This document shows positions 1-10,165 of a stretch of DNA of 64,000 bases, piece by piece. The position numbers were made by a program, and so were the translations under genes. This stretch comes from Bacillales bacterium UBA3207 (GTDB lineage Bacteria > Bacillota_I > Bacilli_A > RFN20 > CAG-826). Positions within the stretch are counted from its first letter, which is position 1. Each line of letters begins with the position of its first letter. The stretch is taken from the NCBI GenBank assembly GCA_002363735.1, contig DEWP01000017.1, positions 63,393-127,392 of the forward strand, in the 5' to 3' direction. The notes under the pieces were generated by a model. That model saw only the letters and a list, made by a program, of their open reading frames with translations, made no database searches and was not told the origin of the DNA.

Positions 1-837
1 GTTTATAATGCGGTCTAGCTCTGTCCCATTTAAAGAAGCTGTAAGCAAGGAGGATCCGCTTTTTGAATAAGATGTATCTTCATCGTTTGCAGTACTCGAG
101 ATGCCAAAAACAATATTTTTAACAGGTTTATTCAGCCAAGTTTTAAATTCAATATTTCCCTCGTTATTTCCCTCGTTTCCGCCTTTACCAAATGCAATTG
201 CACCGCCATAGCTAGAAACGACACCTGGTTTTGATCTTTTCCAAGCCCAGCTTAAATGGCCGAATTGAGAAATTCCATTTCGCTTTCCATTTGGATAAAC
301 AGATGAAGAAACCCATCCAAATTTTTGCTTTTCTTTATCTAAAGACAAAGAAGTTTCATATAAATCATTACTTCCATCATTTGGAAGAATGTGAATAATT
401 AATTTTCTAATATATCGACCTTCAAAGGATTTTGCGGTCAATTCACAAGTACCAGCTCCAAGACATTTTACAACAGCATTTTTGTTATCTGATGTCACAG
501 AGGCAAGTGTCGACGTATTCAAAGAATACGTAATAATGGATTCATCATCATTAAATGCTTTGGTGACAGAACCTTTTACATTTAGAATATCGCCAACACG
601 AGAATAAATTTCTTTATTAGGGTCAATCGAGATAGATTGAATATGACTTGGAGCTATTCCAGGTGTTCCTTCATATCCTCCATAATCTGGAAGATCATCA
701 AAAGTTGGGACGGGTTGATAAGTTGGAGTTTTTGGAGTTGATGAAGAAACTTTCTTTCCATTACCACCACTTTGATTACACGCAGCTAAAAGAACAACTG
801 CAATAAATGGAATTATAATTCTCCTCAGTTTCATCAT
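1..837 (-). CDS. Lipoprotein with Ig-like (Big_2-type) domain; partial, runs off the window start
   Basis: Translated by hand (absent from the ORF track): MMKLRRIIIPFIAVVLLAAC (lipobox LAA-C), an S/T/P-rich linker, then an Ig-like segment (..TLASVTSDNKNAVVKCLGAGTCELTAKS..). AAGGA RBS upstream. Confidence 0.75.
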   Translation of the reverse strand, partial: MMKLRRIIIPFIAVVLLAACNQSGGNGKKVSSSTPKTPTYQPVPTFDDLPDYGGYEGTPGIAPSHIQSISIDPNKEIYSRVGDILNVKGSVTKAFNDDESIITYSLNTSTLASVTSDNKNAVVKCLGAGTCELTAKSFEGRYIRKLIIHILPNDGSNDLYETSLSLDKEKQKFGWVSSSVYPNGKRNGISQFGHLSWAWKRSKPGVVSSYGGAIAFGKGGNEGNNEGNIEFKTWLNKPVKNIVFGISSTANDEDTSYSKSGSSLLTASLNGTELDRIIN

Positions 838-872
838 ATTTCCTTCTTAATTATATTAGCACACTAATAATG

Positions 873-2435
873 TTAATTGTGACATTTATATTTCGAGACG
901 CGGAATTCAAGCGTCTTTGCACCTCTAAATGAGGAAAGATTAAAGTTGCCTTCTAAATTAACATAAGGATAACTTTGAATTTCATCTTTTTTCATATTAA
1001 ATCCAAGTAATTTTGATTGGATTGTTAATGGAGTTGATAAATGTTTTCCATCAGAGATAAATGTTAAACCACGAGTTGGAATATTCTCAATAGAGAATAA
1101 TGGCTCTTCAAAACCCATGCCAAACGGAGCAAAAGATCTCACAATTTGGTAATTTGACATCGTGATTTCTGACATCATTAAAGGAATCGTTGGTTTATTT
1201 GTTTCTTCGATTTGATATTCTTCACAAAGTTTCAAAAAATCTTTCTTAAAAGAATCAAAATCAGCTTCTTTAATTGATAAGCCACCAGCAAAAGAATGTC
1301 CCCCACCAGTGACAAGATATTTTTCTAAAGATTGGAATGCTTTTGTGACATTAAATCCTTCTTTGGAACGAATTGATCCTTTTAAAATATCCGGGTGCAG
1401 TAAATCACGCGTAAAAACTAAAGAAGGAACGTTATATAGATTTAAAAATCTATTCGCGATTAATCCAATAATGCCTTCTTTTGTTTCAATATTGACACAG
1501 ATTCCGGCTAAATTAGAGAAATCTTCTTTTAGATTATCAACTGTTGATTTGGTAATCTCTTTTCTTTGCGCGTTGATTTGGTTAATCCAGTCGCAAAGAG
1601 AATAAACATCTTGGTCATTACTATCCGTGAAATATTTGACGAGTAAATTCGCCTCATTTTTCTCCATCATGCGACCAATTGCATTGATTTTTGGAGCAAT
1701 TTCCATTGAGAAAGTTTTCTCACTAATAATTGGAGACTCCGCTAATAAGCGGAGAGGTAAGTACTTATTCTTCTCAAAATAATGGATGGCTAAACGAACA
1801 ACATCTCGGTTAATTCCTTTTAATTCCATTAAATCTGAGATAACGCTTAATCCAGCAATCGTGACTAAATATTCATCATATGAACCTAGTAATGCACCCG
1901 AGACAAATAAAGCCATGTAGCCACCTGAGCCAATGACATCAGAAATCTCTGAAACTGTTGGATGAATAATTTCATAAGCTTCCGTTCTTTCTTCTGGGAC
2001 TTCGTGATGGTCAACAACAATGACATCAATACCAAGTTCTTTTGCGCGATGAATGGCTTCATGTTGAGAAATACCATTATCAACACAAATAATTAATTTA
2101 AATCCTGCTTCAGCAATCTTTTCGACGTTTTTAACATTAAGCCCATAACCATCTAAATATCGAGATGGAATGTAATAAGAGACATGATAATTTAAAATCT
2201 GGAAGGTACGATACATAATGGACGTTGCACTAATTCCATCACAATCATAATCTCCATAAATAATGATTTTTTCGTTATTTTTGATCGCTTCAAAAATGCG
2301 AGATTTAACGCGGTTCATTCCCTTAATTGAGGTTGGTTCAAGGAGATGAACATCCTCAATTGGACGAGATAAAATCTCATATTCTTTTTCGCTTAAATGA
2401 TAATAATTTAATAGTTCGGTAAGTAAGCTGTTCAT
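873..2435 (-). CDS. recJ: ssDNA-specific exonuclease RecJ (DHH/DHHA1)
   Basis: Motifs YGDYDCDG, VDNG, DHH, GGGHSFAGG, PFGMG. Confidence 0.95.
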   Translation of the reverse strand: MNSLLTELLNYYHLSEKEYEILSRPIEDVHLLEPTSIKGMNRVKSRIFEAIKNNEKIIIYGDYDCDGISATSIMYRTFQILNYHVSYYIPSRYLDGYGLNVKNVEKIAEAGFKLIICVDNGISQHEAIHRAKELGIDVIVVDHHEVPEERTEAYEIIHPTVSEISDVIGSGGYMALFVSGALLGSYDEYLVTIAGLSVISDLMELKGINRDVVRLAIHYFEKNKYLPLRLLAESPIISEKTFSMEIAPKINAIGRMMEKNEANLLVKYFTDSNDQDVYSLCDWINQINAQRKEITKSTVDNLKEDFSNLAGICVNIETKEGIIGLIANRFLNLYNVPSLVFTRDLLHPDILKGSIRSKEGFNVTKAFQSLEKYLVTGGGHSFAGGLSIKEADFDSFKKDFLKLCEEYQIEETNKPTIPLMMSEITMSNYQIVRSFAPFGMGFEEPLFSIENIPTRGLTFISDGKHLSTPLTIQSKLLGFNMKKDEIQSYPYVNLEGNFNLSSFRGAKTLEFRVSKYKCHN

Positions 2436-2446
2436 AGATAAATTAA

Positions 2447-2465
2447 AGGGCTATTAAATAGCCCT
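2447..2465 (-). terminator. Hairpin between secDF and recJ
   Basis: AGGGCTATT-A-AATAGCCCT inverted repeat with a weak U tract on the minus strand. Confidence 0.5.
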
Positions 2466-2472
2466 ATAAAAG

Positions 2473-5157
2473 TTAATCGTTAATTCCGATAAAGATTGTT
2501 TCTTGTGGTTCGCTTGTCTTTGGTTTAAGTGAACGTTGTTTATTCTCTTTATTGCGACGTAATTTTGGTAAGTGAATTTTGGAGAATAATCTGTCAAATA
2601 ATCCGGCAAGAGGACCCATTAAGGTGAGTAAGAACAAGACAGTCAGAATTGTTCCAACAATCACTGCACCAAATAAGACAGTTAATTGAACTGGACCAAA
2701 TCCGAAGAAGTTAATGGCGAGATATCCACCAATTAAACTAAATGTGAAGATTGGTAGAGCGCTCAGACTTGTTGCGCGAGCAATTAATGCACTTCGTTTT
2801 GAAGCATCATATGCTTTTTCTTCTTTATCGAGTTCTTTTTCTCTACTTAAGTAGAAGAGCGCAGTTAATAAACTTGAAACGGCCACAATTGGAAGCAAAA
2901 TTGCGCTAACTGGAGCAGTTGCAATTCGAGTTAAAGTAAGTAATCCGTAAGTTGTTGTAGTAACACCAGCACTTAAGACAAGAGCACTACAAGCACGTGA
3001 CAGACGATAACGGAAAGCAATATAAACAACTGCTGCCGCTAAAGTAATTCCTGTTGCCAAAGCAATATCACCTTGATTTGGTGTCGCAACAGTTTCACTT
3101 GTTGTACGAACATCAGCGCTAACACCACTAGAAACAACTTCATAGTTCATCACGAGTTCTTCAATTGCTTCCTCAACTGTGTCAACATCAGTTAATGTTT
3201 CACCGACTTTGTATTGAACGTTTTTGTTAGTGATTGTTGAACCGAGTTTAGAGACATAACAATAAGTTGTTTTCTCAAGTTTTTCATCAAGATCATAACT
3301 CTTTGTTTCTTCTAAATCGATGGTGACATTTTTCACATCGATGGCTTTGCCATCAATGATAACGTTTTTCAAGATTTCATCACTAAAGAGAGTTGTGTTT
3401 AATCGATCATCATCAATTTGAATTGATGTATAAATAACAGTTTTATTATCCGCATCTTTTTTCACGTTAATTGGTGAACCATTGATGGCACCAAAAGTGA
3501 TGATGCCAGCAAGTGAAGCGGCTAATAAGACTCCACCAACAATACCAAAGACTTTGCGTTTCTTTGTAAAGTCTGTTTTTTCATATGGACTTTCATAACT
3601 TGGTTTTTCATCTAAAGCGATGTTTGGAACCTTGCTTTCATCGATATTAAATAAATTGTATTTATTTTGAATACCAGTTGTATTCGCGAGTAACCAGTTT
3701 AATAAACGATAAACGAGTTGGAATAAAATTAATCCAATAATTGAACCAAAGAATGTAATCACACCAAATGGTTTTAATGCTTCACCACCTAAAAGGTAGA
3801 ATAGTAAGCCACTAGCAGCCACAATCACTGAACCATCTAAAACAACAAGGTTTGATCTTCTCATTGCTTCTTGGTGCGCTTTCTTTAAACTACGTCCTTT
3901 ATAAACTTCATCACGGAAGCGATGCATGTAGAGGACTTCACTAAAGATTAAAAGAAGGACAACAACAATTCCACCAATGATGGCTGAAACATTAAATGTT
4001 GGAGTCATCGCAAAGAATAAGAGGAATGTTAAGAATAAATTTAACAAAGTTGTCGCAATGGCGGAAAGTGATTGCAAACGGAAGAACATTACTAAAAGTA
4101 ATGAGACAATCACAATTGCAATTAAAGTTGCTTTTAGTGTGGCCGAGAAAGCAAGTTTTGCATTGTTGCCTTCAAATGAAACTAAAGCTTCATATGATGG
4201 ACTAACTGTTAAGTAGTTATATTGAATTCCACCATCAACAGTAACGTTTTTGAATTTGTTTGTGACAACAACATCATATTCTTTTGCATTGAACATTCCT
4301 AAAAGGAATGATGCTTGTTGATTAGCTTTCTTTAAGGCGGTTAAATCATATTCACCTGATTCATTAGCACTTCCGCAAAGGAAACGAAGTTCAGTTTCAG
4401 CTTCTTTTGAATCTGGATTCCAAATGTTTTCATGGTTCCAAGAACAAACGATTTTTTCTGCTGAATATGGATTATCGGATGCTTTTTCAATCGAGTCATC
4501 ATCTCCCCAGTTACCAACTAAGAAGACATCAGGAGTGCTACCTTCTTCACTTTCGCCTTCACCTTCACTTACTTCAGCGTATTTACGTTCAAGAGGAAGA
4601 GCGTTTTTGTTCCCTTCGTCTTCTTCATCATCACCGCTAACAACTTTTAAGAAAGTTTTTACAGCATCAGCATCAGAAACAGGGAAAATGACATAAGGAA
4701 TTGTTCCAGAATCACGCCAAATACGTGCTTCAACGTTATCAAAGACGTTTTCAGCAAAGGCTTCATCAAGGTTTCCTCTTAAAGAGAAGTTTTTACCAGA
4801 GAATTCAAGTAAACGAGAAACATAGTTAAATAAAGTGTCGTCTTGGGTAGCGAAAGAAACGGAAATTGTGTCGGCATAAACTTGGTTTGGGTCATCCTCG
4901 TTTGTACCGATTTTAACGGAATAATCTTCGACATTGAGTAAATCAAGACGTTCCTTCATGATGTTAGCAACTTTTTCAGCTGCTCCAGCATCAACTGGAT
5001 CTTCTGGATTTTCTTTGTTTTCTAAGGTGTAAACTATTTCACGACCGGAAGCGAATTCACGGCCTTCTTTCATTTTAATAAATGTTGGACTAAAAGATAC
5101 GCCAACCCCGATTAGGATTGCGATAACCAACGAAATATAAGCAATTAAACGACGCAT
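2473..5157 (-). CDS. secDF: Fused SecD/SecF-like protein translocase subunit (divergent)
   Basis: TM1, large extracellular domain and 5 TM, repeated twice; 'IMKERLDLLNVED' and 'HRFRDEVYKGRSLKKA' are SecD-like; position between ruvB and recJ is typical of Bacilli. Confidence 0.8.
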   Translation of the reverse strand: MRRLIAYISLVIAILIGVGVSFSPTFIKMKEGREFASGREIVYTLENKENPEDPVDAGAAEKVANIMKERLDLLNVEDYSVKIGTNEDDPNQVYADTISVSFATQDDTLFNYVSRLLEFSGKNFSLRGNLDEAFAENVFDNVEARIWRDSGTIPYVIFPVSDADAVKTFLKVVSGDDEEDEGNKNALPLERKYAEVSEGEGESEEGSTPDVFLVGNWGDDDSIEKASDNPYSAEKIVCSWNHENIWNPDSKEAETELRFLCGSANESGEYDLTALKKANQQASFLLGMFNAKEYDVVVTNKFKNVTVDGGIQYNYLTVSPSYEALVSFEGNNAKLAFSATLKATLIAIVIVSLLLVMFFRLQSLSAIATTLLNLFLTFLLFFAMTPTFNVSAIIGGIVVVLLLIFSEVLYMHRFRDEVYKGRSLKKAHQEAMRRSNLVVLDGSVIVAASGLLFYLLGGEALKPFGVITFFGSIIGLILFQLVYRLLNWLLANTTGIQNKYNLFNIDESKVPNIALDEKPSYESPYEKTDFTKKRKVFGIVGGVLLAASLAGIITFGAINGSPINVKKDADNKTVIYTSIQIDDDRLNTTLFSDEILKNVIIDGKAIDVKNVTIDLEETKSYDLDEKLEKTTYCYVSKLGSTITNKNVQYKVGETLTDVDTVEEAIEELVMNYEVVSSGVSADVRTTSETVATPNQGDIALATGITLAAAVVYIAFRYRLSRACSALVLSAGVTTTTYGLLTLTRIATAPVSAILLPIVAVSSLLTALFYLSREKELDKEEKAYDASKRSALIARATSLSALPIFTFSLIGGYLAINFFGFGPVQLTVLFGAVIVGTILTVLFLLTLMGPLAGLFDRLFSKIHLPKLRRNKENKQRSLKPKTSEPQETIFIGIND

Positions 5158-5342
5158 ATTTTGTTTCTCTTTCTAATTTTTCTCACCTAAATTATTAAAT
5201 TTAGTTTGCTTTTAAAGAATACTACTACTCCTTTGCTTTAGCAAGAAGAGTTTTCTTTCGAGCTATTTAAATTTATTAGTGAAAATTTCATAAATGAAAA
5301 ATTTACAATATCTTAGTAATACAAAATTACCGAATTAATCGA

Positions 5343-6344
5343 TTAAATTTTATCTTTCTTCTTTTGATGATACTTTGTAAAGTATTGTTTACCTTTCGGA
5401 GTGATTTCCCTTCCCCGAGGTGTCCTGTTAATAAAACCGATTTTGATTAAGTAAGGTTCTAAAACTTCTTCCAGCGTGTTTGGGTCTTCTTCAAAGGTAG
5501 ACGCTAAAGTCTCTAACCCAACTGGACCACCATTAAAACGGAAAATAAGTTGTTTAAGATAAGATAAATCTAGTTCATCTAATCCGATTGGATCGATGCC
5601 AATTCGTTCTAATGCTTGCTTCGTGATTTCGATGGAAATTTTTTCCTTATTTTCATTCGTTGCAAAGTCTCTGACGCGTCTTAAAATTCGGTTGACAATT
5701 CGTGGGGTTCCTCGCCCTCGAATCGCGATTTCGTGAGCTGATTCATCATCAATTTTATTGCCTAAAACTTTCGCTGCTCTTTTAATGATTTGTTCTAAAT
5801 CTTCTACTTTGTAGAAATCTAACTTAATATTAATGCCAAATCGTTGACGAAGTGGCCAAGAAAGATTACTGACTTTTGTCGTTGCTCCAACAACTGTAAA
5901 TGGCGGTAAATTAATCTCCATATTTTGAGAATCTTTATCGTGCGAAATCAGAAGATTAATTTTAAAATCTTCCATCGCACTATATAGGAATTCTTCCACC
6001 ACTTTTGGGATCCGATGAATCTCGTCAATAAAGACAATTTCGCCTGGTTCAACTGAAGAAAGAATTGAAGCCATATCGGCGATTGATTCAATTGTTGGGC
6101 CATTGACATAAGTTAATTTTTGACCAGATTCACCAGCAATGACATAAGCGATCGAAGTCTTTCCTAGACCTGCTGGACCATAAACTAAAACGTGATCAAG
6201 AGCTTCTTTTCTCTTTTTAGCAGCGTTTAAATAGACTTTTAGATTCTCGATTTCTTTATTTTGCCCAAAGAAATCTTTAAATGCATGCGGTCTTAAAACG
6301 CTATCAACTTTTTCTTCATGATTATTTAATAGAGTGTTTCGCAT
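5343..6344 (-). CDS. ruvB: Holliday junction helicase RuvB
   Basis: LRP N-terminus, GPAGLGKT, FIDEIHR, RGTPR, RTPRGR. Confidence 0.97.
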   Translation of the reverse strand: MRNTLLNNHEEKVDSVLRPHAFKDFFGQNKEIENLKVYLNAAKKRKEALDHVLVYGPAGLGKTSIAYVIAGESGQKLTYVNGPTIESIADMASILSSVEPGEIVFIDEIHRIPKVVEEFLYSAMEDFKINLLISHDKDSQNMEINLPPFTVVGATTKVSNLSWPLRQRFGINIKLDFYKVEDLEQIIKRAAKVLGNKIDDESAHEIAIRGRGTPRIVNRILRRVRDFATNENKEKISIEITKQALERIGIDPIGLDELDLSYLKQLIFRFNGGPVGLETLASTFEEDPNTLEEVLEPYLIKIGFINRTPRGREITPKGKQYFTKYHQKKKDKI

Positions 6345-6897
6345 ATGGTCTAAGTCTCCTTAAAGCTTCTTTAATGATTTCTTCATTTGATGCATCGGGA
6401 ATATTAATCGAGGCAAGCACAGAATTAATCTCCTTTAATCGATAACCAAGATGACGTAATGCACACTGCACTTCATCATACTGATTCACATTAATGTTTT
6501 GATTTAAATCAAAAAAGCCTCTTAAATCTAAAAGAATTTGTGCAGATGCACGTTGTCCAATTCCTTTGATACTTCTTAAAAAGAAGATGTTATTTGCTTC
6601 GATTGCTTGTTTTAATTCTTTATAATCGCATTCTCCAAGAATTTTTAATGCGGTTTTTGGACCAATACCATTCACGATATTTAATCCTAAATAAAGATCT
6701 CTTTCTTCTATTGAAGAAAATCCTACTAAATAAATTTCTTCTTCTTTAAATACCATTTCGGTATAAATTTTGAGTTGGTCGCCAACTCGATATTGATGTG
6801 GTCGAGCAACAGCAATCTTATAACCAATAGAATTACTCTCTAAGACAATTCCTTGATGAAGTATCTTGGTAACTCGACCGATAAAATAGTCAAACAT
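6322..6897 (-). CDS. ruvA: Holliday junction DNA-binding protein RuvA
   Basis: HhH motifs VNGIGPKTA and IKGIGQRAS; overlaps ruvB. Confidence 0.95.
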   Translation of the reverse strand: MFDYFIGRVTKILHQGIVLESNSIGYKIAVARPHQYRVGDQLKIYTEMVFKEEEIYLVGFSSIEERDLYLGLNIVNGIGPKTALKILGECDYKELKQAIEANNIFFLRSIKGIGQRASAQILLDLRGFFDLNQNINVNQYDEVQCALRHLGYRLKEINSVLASINIPDASNEEIIKEALRRLRPYAKHSIK

Positions 6898-6945
6898 ACT
6901 ACGTTGACTCCTTTCTCGTTATTTCCCTTATACTTCTTAATACGC

Positions 6946-6975
6946 AAAAAAGGTGGTATTTTTTCCACCTTTTTT
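6946..6975 (-). terminator. Intrinsic terminator after obgE-nadE
   Basis: AAAAAAGGTGG...CCACCTTTTTT. Confidence 0.75.
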
Positions 6976-6992
6976 AAATTTTTTTAATTTTT

Positions 6993-7724
6993 TTATCTTT
7001 TTGGAGGCTTTGGACTTGGGATCTCAGAGCGCTTATGTTCACTGATTTTATGTAGATGTTCAATACGATTTTTTGCTTCGATTGAGACTTCTTTACCTAA
7101 AAGGTAATTATCTAGTTCTTCATAAGTTACACCCATTTCTTTTTCGTCAGTTTGACCCTCAAATAAACCAGCAGAAGGAGTGCGATTATATAAATCTTCA
7201 CTTAATCCATACATTTTGGCAGCTTCTCTAACTTCTTGCTTTGTTAAATGAACAATTGGGAGTAAATCAGCAGCTCCATCACCGTATTTGGTGAAGTAGC
7301 CAACATAACGTTCATCATAATTATCAGTTCCTAATACAAGTGCACTGTGTTCTTGTGCGTATGCAAATAATGCACACATACGCATGCGTACCTTTAAATT
7401 AGATTTAGATAAGCGCATGAAATCATTTCCTTTTAATTCATCTAAATAAGAATGATAAGTTTTTGATAAAGAAATGATTTCTAAATGAACATCAAGTTGC
7501 TTGGCAACCTTTTTAGCATCTAAGATATCGCTTGGATGAGAATCAATATCGACGGCATAACAAAATAATTTATCTTTTCCGACAGCGCTTTTAGCAATCG
7601 CGGCAACTAAAGATGAATCTACGCCACCACTTAGACCTAAAACATAGCCTTTACAGTTTGATGTTGCTAAATAATCCTTTAAAAAGGATTCGATTTCTAA
7701 TAAATAAGCTTTTAAGTTTTCCAT
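6993..7724 (-). CDS. nadE: NH3-dependent NAD+ synthetase
   Basis: LGLSGGVDS, RMRM, GYFTKYGDG, PSAGL, QTDE, HKR. Confidence 0.95.
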   Translation of the reverse strand: MENLKAYLLEIESFLKDYLATSNCKGYVLGLSGGVDSSLVAAIAKSAVGKDKLFCYAVDIDSHPSDILDAKKVAKQLDVHLEIISLSKTYHSYLDELKGNDFMRLSKSNLKVRMRMCALFAYAQEHSALVLGTDNYDERYVGYFTKYGDGAADLLPIVHLTKQEVREAAKMYGLSEDLYNRTPSAGLFEGQTDEKEMGVTYEELDNYLLGKEVSIEAKNRIEHLHKISEHKRSEIPSPKPPKR

Positions 7725-8995
7725 TATTCTAAATATTCGAATTCAAAGTCGCATAAGAAGACGCTGTCGCCATCTTCAGCACCAGCTTCTCGTAATGCTT
7801 CTTCCACATCGATCTTTCTTAAATAATTAATTAAACGCATCATTCCTTCATCTGTGGAAATATTAATCAAAGAATAAGTTCTTTCAATTGATTCACCAAC
7901 AAGACGGAAGACGTGATCTTTTTCTTTTTTCACTTCAAAGATTGGTTTTTGATCTTTATAAGCATCATAAACTCTTGTGGCGACTTTTTCTTCAGTTCCC
8001 ATTAACGGGAATGGTTCAGTACTTGAAACAAGTTCATAACATTTCTTAATTAACGTTTGAACTCCATCATGAGTTAATGAAGAAATTGGAATAACATCTT
8101 GTTTGACTTTCTTTTTAAACTCTCTGAGTTTATCAGTAGCGCCATCTTCATCCATCTTACTTGCCACAATAATTAATGGACGTTTTTCTAAACCCATTCC
8201 GTATTCTTGTAGTTCTTTTTGGATTTGCAAAAAGGATTGGTATGGATCTTCGTCACTCATCGAAACAAGATGAACAATGACGCGACATCTTTCAAGATGT
8301 CTTAAGAAGGTTAAACCAAGGCCTTTACCTAAATGAGCCCCTTCAATTAATCCAGGAAGATCAGCCATGACAAATGTTTCATATTTTGAGACATTAACAA
8401 CGCCTAAATTTGGAGCAATAGTCGTAAATGGATAATCAGCAATCTCTGGGTTTGCATTACTTACAACACTTAAAAGTGTTGACTTACCAGCATTTGGAAG
8501 ACCAACTAGTCCAACATCAGCAAGAAGTTTTAATTCTAAAATAAGACGTTTTGTTTCACCTGGTAGGCCGTTTTCGGCAATGCGAGGAACGCGGTTCTTG
8601 TCTGATTTAAAAGCAGCATTTCCACGGCCTCCTCGACCACCTTTAGCGACCACTACTTCTTGACCATCTGTTGATAAATCACATAAAAATTCATGGTCTT
8701 TTTCTAAATAAACAACTGTGCCAACTGGAACATCAACATAAACATCGTCAGCACCACGTCCATATTTATTCTTTGTTAAACCTTTTCCACCATCTTGGCC
8801 AATGATGACTTTTGAGTGGCGGAAATTATATAACGTGTTAATCGATTTGTTCGCGCGAAAAATAATCGAAGCACCACGACCACCATTTCCACCACTAGGT
8901 CCGCCTTTAGCAACGTACTTTTCATGAAGAAAGGCAATCATTCCGTCTCCGCCTTTTCCAGATCGAACTTCAACAATAACTCGGTCAATAAACAT
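7724..8995 (-). CDS. obgE: GTPase ObgE/CgtA; start moved to the ATG at 8995
   Basis: MFIDRV start, Gly-rich Obg fold, GLPNAGKS, YPFTT, DLPG; TAATG overlap with nadE. Confidence 0.97.
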   Translation of the reverse strand: MFIDRVIVEVRSGKGGDGMIAFLHEKYVAKGGPSGGNGGRGASIIFRANKSINTLYNFRHSKVIIGQDGGKGLTKNKYGRGADDVYVDVPVGTVVYLEKDHEFLCDLSTDGQEVVVAKGGRGGRGNAAFKSDKNRVPRIAENGLPGETKRLILELKLLADVGLVGLPNAGKSTLLSVVSNANPEIADYPFTTIAPNLGVVNVSKYETFVMADLPGLIEGAHLGKGLGLTFLRHLERCRVIVHLVSMSDEDPYQSFLQIQKELQEYGMGLEKRPLIIVASKMDEDGATDKLREFKKKVKQDVIPISSLTHDGVQTLIKKCYELVSSTEPFPLMGTEEKVATRVYDAYKDQKPIFEVKKEKDHVFRLVGESIERTYSLINISTDEGMMRLINYLRKIDVEEALREAGAEDGDSVFLCDFEFEYLE

Positions 8996-9022
8996 GTCTA
9001 CATTATACACGTATCACATAAT

Positions 9023-9084
9023 AAAAGACCACTAATTTGTGGTCTTCATTAATAGAGCAAAATAAAAGACCTCTTAAGAGGTCT
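9023..9084 (-). terminator. Two tandem terminator hairpins after rpmA
   Basis: AAAAGACCAC..GTGGTCTT (9023-9046) and AAAAGACCTC-TTAA-GAGGTCT (9064-9084). Confidence 0.7.
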
Positions 9085-9095
9085 AATATTTCAAC

Positions 9096-9377
9096 TTACT
9101 TGGCGTAAACGCTGACGCGTGTTTTGCTACGGCCAACGCGTTCATATTTACAAATACCAGAGATTGTTGCGAAAATTGTATCATCTCCACCACGTTTGGT
9201 ATTGACGCCTGGAAGAATTTTTGTTCCTCTTTGACGGTAAATAATTGAACCAGCAGTGCAGTACTCACCATCGGAGACTTTACTACCGAGACGTTTGGAT
9301 TCGCTATCACGTCCGTTTTTAGTTGAACCAACACCTTTTTTAGAAGCAAAGAGTTGGATATTTAATCTAAATAACAT
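9096..9377 (-). CDS. rpmA: 50S ribosomal protein L27 with cleavable N-terminal extension
   Basis: [25 protein letters not shown], the Firmicute Prp cleavage motif. Confidence 0.98.
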   Translation of the reverse strand: MLFRLNIQLFASKKGVGSTKNGRDSESKRLGSKVSDGEYCTAGSIIYRQRGTKILPGVNTKRGGDDTIFATISGICKYERVGRSKTRVSVYAK

Positions 9378-9379
9378 AA

Positions 9380-9691
9380 CTAATTTCCTTTCTCGATTAT
9401 CTCAATGTATTTTGGATAAGCTTCTTCAATTGTTTTTAATTGAATTAGCATTGTCTCAAGAACATTATAATCGTGCTCATTCGCCGTTTTTAATTCTGCG
9501 ATTTCGAAGTAACCATCATTTGTTTTGAATGTATAACATTCAGGATGCTCGATTGCATTAGCTCCACCAGTGACGATTGAACTAACACCAGCACAGATGA
9601 GGTCTTCTCCTTTTGGGGCAGAATTAGAATGGCCTTTCACTAATATACTTTTAATTTTTTGTTCTGCTTTTATGACAGTAACTCTGATCAT
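9380..9691 (-). CDS. prp: Ribosomal-processing cysteine protease Prp (YsxB); start moved to 9691
   Basis: [18 protein letters not shown]; lies between rplU and rpmA. Confidence 0.93.
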   Translation of the reverse strand: MIRVTVIKAEQKIKSILVKGHSNSAPKGEDLICAGVSSIVTGGANAIEHPECYTFKTNDGYFEIAELKTANEHDYNVLETMLIQLKTIEEAYPKYIEIIEKGN

Positions 9692-9692
9692 A

Positions 9693-10004
9693 TTAAGCAA
9701 CGATGCTTTCGATAACAACGCAAGTATATGGTTGACGATGACCAATCATACGACGAGCGGAATTATGTTTAGCTTTGTATTTGTAGATGCGAATCTTTTT
9801 ACCAAGTCCGTTTTTGACGACTTTCGCGGTTACTTTCGCTCCTTCGACATATGGAGTTCCAACTTTCACTTCTTTGTCAGCAACGAGAAGAACTTTGTCA
9901 AAATTGACTGATTTGTTTTCTTCAACGTCAAGTTTTTCAACAAAAACTTTTTGTCCGACTTCGACGCGAACTTGTTTTCCACCAGTTTCAATGATAGCGT
10001 ACAT
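9693..10004 (-). CDS. rplU: 50S ribosomal protein L21
   Basis: [11 protein letters not shown]...GHRQPYT. Confidence 0.98.
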   Translation of the reverse strand: MYAIIETGGKQVRVEVGQKVFVEKLDVEENKSVNFDKVLLVADKEVKVGTPYVEGAKVTAKVVKNGLGKKIRIYKYKAKHNSARRMIGHRQPYTCVVIESIVA

Positions 10005-10019
10005 AAATATACCTCGACT

Positions 10020-10110
10020 TTCTCACTTAGACTCGCTATTAAGGTCTATTGCCAAAGGCAATAAGTTCGTTACCTTTTCTATGCGGTTGTAGCTCGTGAG
10101 GCGACAACGT
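10020..10110 (-). promoter_or_regulatory. L21 leader RNA
   Basis: Minus strand reads GAGCTACAACCGCA..AAGGT..ACCTT..AGCGAGTCTAAGT directly upstream of rplU, resembling the Firmicute L21_leader pattern as I recall it. Confidence 0.75.
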
Positions 10111-10165
10111 TATTAATAATATTATTAATCAATGTTTTTGTAAACATTTTTTTACATAAGTAAAT

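Noticed and set aside
5238..5291. 17-codon uORF (MKFSLINLNSSKENSSC) upstream of secDF as a secretion-monitor arrest peptide
   Set aside because: No signal or TM segment, no recognisable arrest motif and no RBS; expected by chance in AT-rich DNA.
9348..9377. L27 N-terminal extension as a novelty
   Set aside because: Known Firmicute feature, processed by the adjacent Prp protease.
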